This document shows, piece after piece, positions 22,992 through 33,248 of a stretch of DNA of 64,000 bases. The position numbers were made by a program, and so were the translations under genes. This stretch comes from Paramoeba atlantica (lineage: Eukaryota; Protista; Discosea): contig CDRNVI010000005.1 of the NCBI GenBank assembly GCA_977017575.1, forward strand, positions 62,001-126,000. The letters are read 5' to 3'. The notes beneath the pieces are model-generated. The model was not told the DNA's origin and ran no database searches. It was given only the letters and a program-made list of their open reading frames with translations. Numbering within the stretch: the first letter of the stretch is position 1; the number at the start of each line of letters is the position of its first letter.

Positions 22992-23948
22992 AGTCAGGGC
23001 ATTCGGCTTTTGTCGGATGATGGGGCGTAGCGACCCCAGCTTCCCTAGCTAACTCACCCGGCGTCGCATAACAAGACGCTACATGCCTAGGGTGGGTACG
23101 ATCAGGGCCCCGCGGGTGACACTACCCGGTGCCAGCAAAACAAGGCACAAAATAACTAGGGTAACGGTCACCCAGACATTGCAGCGTGAGAATGACACCG
23201 CCCGGTACCGGATATAACAAGGTACTAAGGAACTAGGGTGGGTGTCATCCAGCATAATCTTTGGAGTGTGTTGTGTTTTTCACTTCAAAAGAAGTGTTTT
23301 TCATAAAGGAAATCCACACCGAGGGGCCGCACAGGACATAAAAGAAAATAACTATAAAGATGAAATAATAATTTATTTTCACATGAGTTCACCTATTCAT
23401 ATCATATACATGAAAAGCAAATTGAAACGTATGTAGCTTCTACATCATCTTGACAAAATAGGCCTTTCAAAACAAACAATATAAATTTATAATATATCAC
23501 TATGTTAGCGGGTTGCACCCGCCAAACCCGGCGGCTATAGGATGGGGGTTTGGTGGGTGGGACAAAAAACGCGTAAAGGAAAAGGATTCTACAAGTAAGT
23601 AATCAGTAAATATGTAAATTTTCAGAATACATATTGTAGCTTTTATACATGATTCAATTACAACCCCCTTTCGGGGAAAAGAACAATGAAAATTATAACC
23701 CCCTTCCGGGGCATTTGACCCGATATTAGCCCCTCGGTTAAATTTCCATGCGTAGACTTCTAAATATTTTCTTGTAGTATATAAAAGGGGTTAAAAAAGA
23801 TAAGCTGGCTGCTCGCGCTCGATCTGGTCAAATCTTCGGATTTGACTTGCGTGCTGCGTGGCACAGCTCCTAGCAAGCGATAAGGGGGGGCTTGTCCTAG
23901 GGAGGTAACATCTCCTCGGAGATATATTGCCTTTTTTCAATCAATCAA
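22992..23948 (+). mobile_element. SINE-like structured element, copy 1 (12-bp TSD TCATCGGCGGAA, (CAAT)n tail), itself interrupted by family X at 23309-23762
   Basis: TSD at 22980-22991 and 23949-23960; the host ORF reads through (..PSAD|E..) when the element is removed. Confidence 0.8.
23309..23762 (-). mobile_element. Family X insertion, 454 bp (near-identical to 37876-38329)
   Basis: Ends TAGAAGTCTACG..GAAATTTAACCGAGGGG and CCCCTCGGTGTGGATTTC. Confidence 0.8.
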
Positions 23949-26900
23949 TCATCGGCGGAAGGGTTATTATGATTTGGCTGAGTAGTTAGCTGCGTGGCCA
24001 AACCCGTGCAAGGGGCGGGAGCTGAAAGATATATTGGTCGCTCCGTTGCCATTTGCTTGGATTTAGTATACGCTGCTTCCCTAATTGGTTCGGAAGGAGT
24101 GATACCTAACCCGCCTTTCTTAAGAGGAAGCCGTGTCCATGAGATTTGTTTTTCTGTTAGTCCGCCAAACCATGAGGAAAGAGTGTTGGAAACTTCTCCG
24201 TCAAATTGTCTCGTGAGCTCCGATGATTTTCCGGATGATGTACGCGGATATGATATCGGTGGCGTACATTAATGCACTTGGAAAGCAAAAGAACAGAAAC
24301 ATTGTTTGCCCCCATTTGCTGAAGACGTCGGAATGCTGTACGGTGTTTTTGAAGCATCTGAACGAGTTTTTCGCTGACCAGATGACTGTCGCCCACGAAT
24401 GCTCCTAGAACCTTTGTGGCGCCTGGCTCCCAGTTTACACCTTCCTGCATTAACTGATGCGGCAAAGGGATATGATTGATTCCCTCGAACCAAATACATT
24501 TACTGGAGGAAGTCTCTACGCGTTTCGACGTCAACAGTTCCTTAAGCCGTAAGAATGCATTGGATACCATTTCTGCGTCAGTCGATGCAAAATTGATGTC
24601 ATCAACGAATGCATAAATACGTAGCGTGGGAAATTCGGACGCGATTGTTTCCAAGATTGGTTGAAGAAAAGCGCAGAACAAGATAGTGGATAAGGGGGAC
24701 CCTTGGCGCACGCCAGCAGCGCTCATTACAGTGTTGCAAAGTCGGCCATCTTTTCCATAGTAAAGCAGCTCGGATGGAGACCCGTACTCCGCATTGAAGA
24801 GGCGTAAGAATGGACGTAGGCTGTGGAATCCAAAGACTGCTCTGGCAATCTCGTCCCGTGATGGGGAGTTGAAGGCGTTCTTAAGGTCAATCGATAAGAT
24901 GGCGCATCTTATTCTTCTCGTGGTGTCCTTCCTCTTCTGCATCTTGTGGCATTCTATCTGCTAAAACTGGTGCGTTTACCGTCGCTTTCTTGCCGCGTCG
25001 ACAAAAAAGGTTCGAAAACAGGTCCTTCGAAAACAATTTCGCGGGTATTTTAACCGTTGCTTTGTTCGCTGGAGTTGGCGGGGGGAGCGGTGGATGGAGA
25101 AGTGGGGTATGCGGCTGGGGGGTATACAAAAGACACAAAGGACAAACGACACAAAGAACAATACCAGTTGCGGTTTCACGAAAAGATTCAGAATTTCCAC
25201 CATCGCTCTCGTCGACAAACGTTTCGCCAAACGTCGCATCAGAATCACCAAACATCAGGTCTCAGAAAACCATGAAAATTACAATTTCAAAGTCAAACAT
25301 TCGGAGGCAAACGTTCAACGATTTGTGGACACGCATGCAGAAAGAAAAACGAGAAGCTCAGCGAAAGAACGCCTCGGTAGCACCGCGCATAGTCCAATCT
25401 TCTCCTATTAGCAAAACTCCGTATCATCATTCCGGATTGCTCCGGATGGTCACTGGCAAGCCAGACCCTTCACAGACATATTTGGAAGTTCCGAGGCCGA
25501 CGTCCTCTACCAGTTTCCGCTTGTCCAAGGCGGCACCAACGTGCTGTTGCCAACACGCTGCGTCGACGAACTGCACGTCAACACAGCTTACCCAAGAGGT
25601 GTAAGCCGGGTAAGGGAGATGGTTCCCTGAGGGGAGGGTCCGGGACGGTCCTCCGAGTACTGGGCCTAGTCGGTTATCATCCCAGCCTCTTAGAGTGAGG
25701 CCGCCGGGAATATTGCGATGAACGGGTTTGAACTCGCCGTCTGAGCACCATGTGCTTCAAACTTTGAATTCTTGCCACTCCGCCACCTCCGCCATCCGTA
25801 TCAAGTAAATGGATGGAGTTCCATTATCACGAAATCGTGCGGCATGGCAGCGAAAACGTGCGGCGCAGCTGTCTCAACTTTGACATCGATTGCAAGCAGT
25901 CAGCAAAGCATTCAGCTGCCTCAACTTCCTAATCGCAGCCACAGTCCATCACCAGTGAAACTGCGAAACGAGGATGATTCAACTCGGATAAGGATCCAGA
26001 ACGTGACAGCGGAAACGACAAATGGAACTGCGGTTACATGTCATAAATCACATCACGGGAATTCTCAAGTGAACACGAATACCCCGCCGACGGTAGCAAA
26101 TGACGCCAATGAAACCAACATCGAGATGAATCCAGATCCCAAAGACCCTCGATTTGAAGGATACAGATGGATCGGTAATGGTTACGTGCACGACGTTCAC
26201 AAGTTTGATGTTTTTTCTGAAGAGCCGTCTTCCCCGTCAGATGAGCCACGTCAGTTTTTTGAGTGCAACACTCCCGAAACTCCCATGAAAAAAACGAACC
26301 AACGTGATCAGCTTCTCTCTCAGTTGGGGTCTCCATCAAGTCCCAAAATCGATGCGGAATTACCCGAGCGGGAGCCAAATGCAACGAAGTCACAGAACGA
26401 GAAAAATTCAGCGATCATGTTTATCGGAATCGACCCAAGCACAGAGGAGAATAAATCCTTTGACCTGATGAAGAATGTAACGCCCGAGTCACAATTTCCG
26501 GCCTCGCTGGATGAGATTTGGACGCATTCGAAGCAAATCAAACCGGGCGCAATGTGTACAGTGGCCTGGACATTTAACAAACAAGGTGCGCTTAACATCT
26601 CAATAGGCAAAGTCACTCGAACACATAGTAAGCGTGGAGGATTTGGTAAGTTATCTATCTCGTATCGGGGCGTTGTTGGTCACAAAGTTGGGGAACAATT
26701 TTCCGGGGTTTTACCTCCACAAGAGGACGTACGGATCTATAAACTAGCGTGGCATCAAGCGCCGCCAGCGATCGATACTACTGTGCAAAGGGATGCGTTT
26801 CTGGAGAATCATCAGATGAACTTTCCAGAAAAAGCCAAAGATGATTCATCAATGGATTTGTTACCAATACCCACGCTACGTTCAATAAGCCCTGACCTCG

Positions 26901-28887
26901 CTCCCTGTGTTGTCGTGGTGCTGAGGAACATCGTCCAGGAGTATATAAATTCCGATCACACGCAAAGAACAAAAATATGGCACCGTTTGCTATCAGCCAT
27001 TAAGTTATCCCTAGCGACTGTTCGAGAAAACAGTGGAAAAAGGCGAAGACGGCGCCCGTTACGGGAGCCCGATGACGGTGAACGAAAAGAGGAGACAATG
27101 AGCGATACACGAGCCATCAAACGAGCGACAAGGCTAGTATTGGATGGATGTACTTCTAAGGCGGCCAAGGTCTTGGATCAGACCTTTACACCAAAGCAAC
27201 TAACTTCAGGGCATCCGGCTTATGTCGGATGATGGGACTTAGCGATCTTTTTTTTTTATTAAGATTTTTTTTTTTTGCATTCTGCCACAATGACGGATCA
27301 GAGATAAGGCTTATATAAGGCTTGCGCGACTTTGCAAGCTGTGTAATATTTCGTATTATAATATAAAAACTAATGAGCTGATTTATAGACTGAATTCCTG
27401 CGTAGCGCCTTCTTCGTTTAGGTATTTCCGAAGGTGGGAATAAACTTCTAGACCATTTAATTCCTGCACCAGTAGTTTAAATTCCTGTTCAACCCCCTGC
27501 CGGTCTAGTAAGGCGGCATCTGCTTTTTTTTTTTTTTTGACCGAAAAGGGTAATCACGATAAGGCTTATATATAATAGGCTATATATAATAGGCTTATAT
27601 AAGGCTTGCGCGACTTTGCAAGCTGTGTAATATTTCGTATTATGATATAAAAACTAATGAGCTGATTTATAGACTGAATTCCTGCGTAGCGCCTTCTTCG
27701 TTTAGGTATTTCCGAAGGTGGGAATAAACTTCTAGGCCATTTAATTCCTGCACCAGTAGTTTAAACTCCTGTTCAACCCCCTGCCGGTCTAGTAAGGCGG
27801 CATCTGCTATCGCATGGATCAGACTTTGCGTGTTGCGATGTAAAGAACCTCCGGACAGAACAGGCAAGCATTGGAAGCATTCTTCTCGTATAATATTCGT
27901 CTGCACGTACGTGTTATGTTTCCTTTTGATCGCGTCGTTGATTAGTTGGATGCATTTTTTAGACCTATTGCTCTGCGAAAGCTCGTGTATTACGGTTAAG
28001 TCATAGTATACCTCGCCGTTGTTCCAATAAATAACGAGATCCGGTCCGGATCGGCATAGCCGTCTTCCAGTGCAAACTTTCTGATGAGTTACGTGATTGC
28101 TTGGACTAATTATATCTCTGCACTGCAGACATTTCCATGACGAGAAAGCTCTGGGTTCCTTTTCACATGGCAATCCAGCTTTGTGGCATAGTCGCTGTAG
28201 AAATGTAACAAGTGCATTGTGCTTCGCCGTTGAATTGAATCCTGAGCATTGAACGCATCCTGGGATATGTGACAGAGCATTCCGATTGTCGAGAACAATG
28301 CCACATCCCGGGCAAAGAAGGTTGGTCGGAAGATTTTGATGTTGAGCATTTAGCCTAGGCATAACCGCAAGCTTAAATAGGTGTGACGGTATACTTCGTA
28401 CATGTGACGTGAGCCAGTCGTTGTTGCCTTTGAAAGAAGTGGCTTGAAGTATGGGCTTAAGTTCGGGATTTAGCAGCAATTCTTTCCAATCCTTTTCATG
28501 TTGAATCACGTTGGATGTTTCGTCGTCAACAGGTGTAATTTTTAGACTAGATTTCTTTGGAATGCATTTGTGTGCAGCTGTGGTGTTTGTTACAGTCCGA
28601 GCTGAAGAAGATCTTTGGCGCTCAAGAACTGAAAAACGCGAAGCAGCGTACGCATTCGCTCTATTGGGATTACTGGCTGTTAATCCGAAACCCCCTTTTT
28701 TGAATGGAAGACGGATGATTTTCTTTTGATTTGATGATAACGGCCCGAACCAGGCTTCCACGACATCCTCGACTTTTTGATCAAACTCCGCAGTAGCAGT
28801 GTCTGTGGTGTCCGCTTCGTGAACGCGCATGAGGTATTGCAGTCTAAAGTTTACGCATTTAGACAGCAGCAGAAGAGAAATATTATT

Positions 28888-29957
28888 GGGTACGAGGACA
28901 CTTCCGTGAGTACTCATCGAAACGCCCACGTGTCAAAACGAAAATCATCGAAACGAAAGAAACTCATCGAAGGTGTTTTTAATTACTTTTGAGGTGGTAG
29001 CTGCATTTTCGACTAAAAAACAAATACACAATCCTGCGGAAGTGGCAGACATAGGTTCTCAGTGCGCGACCCGCGCGCCAGCGCGATTTTCATTTTCCGT
29101 GCGTTCAGTATCCTACACTTCACTATATACGTTGACAACGCCTGCGTAGCGAAAACTACGAAATTCAGTGAGCTTCGCAAATTGCTTCCCACTAACGACG
29201 AACAGGGGAATCCTACGCGGGGTACGGCTCAGGCCCGCTCACGCGGGCCCTCGCCGTTTCGCGGCCGCGCGCACCCCCGCTCACGCGGGGGCCCCCGCGC
29301 GGCCAAAATGGGTACTAAAATTTGTTATCAAGGTAGTTGGGCTTCGCAAATTGCTTCCCACGAATCTAGAGAGAAGCACACGTACAATAATCTTTAACGA
29401 TAAAGATACAGTTTCTGTACCTTGTTGATTATTTACTTTTTTTACCTTTCATGGGAGTGTTCACACGCTCCAAAGCAAAAGAATCAGGAGTAGCTCCTGA
29501 GATTTTGCCGCTCCCTCGTGCCCGATGGAAAAAGAAGGCCGTGATGCCAACTCATCCGCCCGCCGTGCTAATATCCACCACCACCGCATGGAGCGCGCGG
29601 GTCGCCAAAAAATATAATTCTGTCCCAGGGCTACGCTCACAGTTGGGCCTTGCTCGCAAAAGGGGGCTTTTGCCTCCAGAAGTGGGCTTCGCTCAAAGTT
29701 GGGCCTTGCCTCCAGACACGTAAACTAGGTGTCGTAGTATAGGAAAACAAATACACAAACCTGCGGAAGTGGCAGACACAGATTCTCAGTGTCGCCGCTT
29801 TCTTATTTTCATGTTCTCGATTTTTTTCTTTCCAAAGCAATTAAAATCACCTCCGATGAGAAGATTGACGTTTCGATGAGTCACCCTGTGACACGTAGGC
29901 ACTTCGGTGAGAAATCATCGAAGTGTCTCAAAAACTCACGGAAGTGCCCGTGGAGCC
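28888..29957. mobile_element. Non-autonomous Merlin/IS1016-like TIR element 1 (1070 bp, 8-bp TSD ATATTATT)
   Basis: TSD at 28880-28887 and 29958-29965; 23-bp TIRs (18/23 identical) starting GG; superfamily inferred from the termini only. Confidence 0.75.
29389..29427 (+). other. Complete 39-nt SL followed by the 5' end of a family B ORF (MGVFTRSKAK)
   Basis: Exact SL match, preceded by non-poly(A) sequence. Confidence 0.88.
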
Positions 29958-30534
29958 ATATTATTTATACCCATTTTCTTTAGCCGCCTAAACCCGTCAT
30001 CATGTTTGTTTACCTGTCGAAGGAGCCTTTCACTAATCGATTCGTTTTCACCTATGTGAGCACCCAGTATCTTAATGGCATCGGATTCTGTTTTAAGACC
30101 TTGCTGTTGAAGAGACCATGGTATGGAGTTTCCTGACATTCCCTGAAACCACACATACTTCGTCTCGGCGAGACTCACCCGTTTCTGCTTGAGAAGATCT
30201 CTAAGTCGGAAAAACACCGTTTCTAATTCGTTAGGGTCTCGCGAAACCAGAGTTATATCGTCGATGTAAGCGTTGATTTCTACACCAGGGAATTCCATGG
30301 CCAACGTTTCAAGGATCGGCTGACAAAATACACAAAAGTATAGACTTGCTAAGGCAGAACCTTGTCGTACTCCAGCGGAACTCGGTATAATGCTCGCTAA
30401 ATTGCCATCAGAACCGAAATACAGCAGGTCAGAGGGTTCGGAGTATTCGGCGGTGAAGAACCTCTGGAAAGGTTTGAGTGTTGCAAATGCAAAGACGCTT
30501 TTGGCCATTTCGGTCCTTGAAGGGGTGTTAAATG

Positions 30535-31954
30535 GGGGAGGGGGGGCACTCGATGAATATTCATCGAACGGACAGTGCGTTCGATGAATATTCATCGAAC
30601 AGGACATCCTGTTCGATGAATGGATTGCAGTACGACCCGTTCGATGAATCATTCATCGAACAGGATGTCCTGTTCGATGAATGAAAACGCATTTTTTTTT
30701 GTAAAAAAAAAGCTCGTTTCGGTCTGCATCATGCTCCTGGCTGCTACCTTGATCCGTAAGACAAAAACAAATCCGAAACGTTATCAAAAAGCGGAAGGAT
30801 TCTTAAAACTATTGCCTCATAAGTTTACAAAGATAAAATCATAACTTACAAATACACAAACCTGCGGAAGTGGCAGACACAGGTCCTCAGTGCGCGACCC
30901 AAAAAATATTGGGTTGGGGGTACGTTCGTTGTACTCAACGAACTGCCGGATTTTCGTTGAGTACTCAACGAACGGAAATTTACGGTGCAAGTCAAGGACT
31001 TTTGCATATGTCAAGGACTTTTGTGGAACACCCAAGAATTTTTTTTGATTTTCATTTTCCGTGCGTTCAGTATCCTACACTTCACTATATACGTTGACAA
31101 CGCCTGCGTAGCGAAAACTACGAAATTCAGTGAGCTTCGCAAATTGCTTCCCACTAACGACGCACAGGGGAATCCTACGCGGGGTACGGCTCAGGCCCGC
31201 TCACGCGGGCCCTCGCCGTTTCGCGGCCGCGCGCACCCCCGCTCACGCGGGGGCCCCCGCGCGGCCAAAATGGGTACTAAAATTTGTTATCAAGGTAGCT
31301 GGGCTTCGCAAATTGCTTCCCACGAATCTAGAGAGAAGCACACGTACAATAATCTTTAACGATAAAGATACAGTTTCTGTACCTTGTTGATTATTTACTT
31401 TTTTTACCTTTCATGGGAGTGTTCACACGCTCCAAAGCAAAAGAATCAGGAGTAGCTCCTGAGATTTTGCCGCTCCCTCGTGCCCGATGGAAAAAGAAGG
31501 CCGTGATGCCAACTCATCCGCCCGCCGTGCTAATATCCACCACCTCCGCATGGAGCGCGCGGGTCGCCAAAAAATATAATTATGTCCCAGGGCTACGCTC
31601 ACAGTTGGGCCTTGCTCGCAAAGGGGGGCTTTTGCCTCCAGAAGCGGGCTACGCTCACAGTTGGGCCTTGCTCGCAGACGGGGGCCTTGCTTGCACACTT
31701 GGGCTTCGCTGACAGTTGGGCCTTGCCTCCAGACATGTAAACGAGATGGTAATGTTCAAATTCCCCCCAAAAAAAATCGAGACGAAAAATTCGTGCAGCA
31801 GTGCCCGTTGGATGAATGATTCATCGAACGTACTGCCCGTTCGATGAATATTCATCGAACGGGACGCCTGGTCATCGAACGGGACGCCGTTCAATGAATA
31901 TTCATCGAACGCACGGTGCGTTCGATGAATTTTCATCGAATGCCCCCCCTGGCC
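30535..31954. mobile_element. Non-autonomous Merlin-like TIR element 2 (1420 bp, 8-bp TSD GTTAAATG, TIRs over 60 bp)
   Basis: TSD at 30527-30534 and 31955-31962; TIRs GG..AGGGGGGGCA(C/T)TCGATGAA.. built of palindromic TTCGATGAATATTCATCGAA units. Confidence 0.8.
31351..31389 (+). other. Complete 39-nt SL followed by a family B 5' end
   Basis: Same cassette as 29389-29427. Confidence 0.88.
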
Positions 31955-33248
31955 GTTAAATGCATTCCTCATGTCGACAGATAGAATCGTGTGACCGTCT
32001 CGATATCGGTCGCGTAGCTTGTGGACGATTCTTTCACACCCCGCCTGCGAAAACACCCCCTGTTGCATTGGAGAGAAAAGGGGTTCCAGCGTTTTTTCAT
32101 ACCTCTGCAGCAATATCAGGCCGGCTAGCTTACCAAATATTAGCGATCCCAACTTCCCGAGCTAACTCACCCGGCGTCGCATAACAAGACGCTAAAGAAC
32201 TAGGGTGAGCACAACGAAGACAATATGGATGACACTACCCGGTGCCAGTAAAACGAGGCACTAAATAATTAGGGTGGATGTCATTCTGGCAACGTAGAAT
32301 GGGTGGCACCGCCCAGTACCGAATATAACAAGGTACTAAGAAACTAGGGTGGGTGCCATTCGGGCTAATCTTTGGAATGTGTTTGTGTGTTTTTTTTATC
32401 CACCCTCAAAAGATAGAGTGGTTTTTTTGGTCAAGGGGCGCCTTATTTGCATTGCCTAAGGTGCAGGGGTATAGCGCACCCCACCTCCCTAGCTGTAACC
32501 TAACTCCTCTCCAAGCGGAGGTCAGCCGTAGCTTGCTATGGCTGGCTCTCCGGATACGTCGCAAGACGTATTCGGACTGCCCGTTTGGGGAGTTGAGGGG
32601 CCATAACTCTTCGGAGTCGAAAGGCCCAATACATCATCATCATCAAAGCAACTAACGGATGAAGAGACCCTTGACAAGCTTGCCGCCTTACATCCGCAAA
32701 GACAATACGAAGTTTCTTTGCCGGAGGATGCGCCGATAATTAGCGGGATAATGACGGAGGAGCTACGGAAAGCTGGGAAGCGACTCGCAAAAGGCGTAAA
32801 CCCTGGCCCAACTGGAATGACAGACGGGATTGTGCAACTCATGCTCGATGATGAGATTTCATGCACTAATCTTGCCCATATGATATCGGATCTAATCAAC
32901 GGATTCGTGGATCACAGCGTTTTGTTTCGATTAAACCGAGCACGGCTCGTAGCCATTCCTAAATCCAACGGAGGAGTCAGACTAGTGGCAATGGGCGAGA
33001 TATTTATGAAGCTTGCCGGCGTTATATTGCTCCAGCGCTACGAACACACTTTGGGCCCTCTTTTTGCACCACTGCAACACGGCGTTTCGTCAAAGGCAGG
33101 ATGCGAAAAAAAATCGTTCATAGACTGCATGAGCGTTTTAAGTCTGGACACGTCATTCTTTCCATTGACGCCAAAAATGCCTTCAACTCCCCGAATAGGG
33201 CGGATATCGCCAAACACGTATTTGCTTTTGGTACACTACGCCCGTTTC

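Larger units (their letters stand above)
22127..24942 (-). pseudogene. 5'-truncated CRE/SLACS-like family B element B1, interrupted by a SINE at 22992-23948
   Basis: SIDLKNAFNSPSR, AGVRQGSPLS, YAFVDD, LPLKKGGLG, CPGC..H..GC, REPR, SGPDLVI..YDFTIVHE; frameshift near 24220. Confidence 0.88.
27248..32139 (-). pseudogene. 5'-truncated CRE family B element B3 with poly(A) tail and 9-bp TSD TTAGCGATC, interrupted by two TIR elements
   Basis: TSD at 27239-27247 and 32140-32148; ORF segments rejoin as NAFN|TPSRTE and MGINN|ISLLLLSK; duplicated 3' end at about 27300-27525. Confidence 0.85.
27205..32643 (+). mobile_element. SINE-like structured element, copy 2 (13-bp TSD CAAAGCAACTAAC, (CAT)n tail); about 540 bp after removing nested B3
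   Basis: TSD at 27192-27204 and 32644-32656; the head (CAGGGCATCCGGC...) matches copy 1. Confidence 0.8.

Noticed and set aside
23020-23100. HDV-like ribozyme at the SINE head (AGC-TTCCCTA-GCT..CCC-GG..CTA)
   Set aside because: The P1 partner lies downstream rather than upstream, the candidate P3 is not kept in copy 2, and units 2-3 lack it.
23949-24140. Apparent multibranched RNA on the plus strand
   Set aside because: It is the antisense of B1 coding sequence (KKGGLGITPSEPIREAAY..), bounded by the SINE TSD.
25605-25771. Possible ribozyme between two B2 ORF pieces (CCCAGCCTC resembles HDV)
   Set aside because: Single copy, no L3/P1.1 pattern; more simply a degenerate, frameshifted part of B2.
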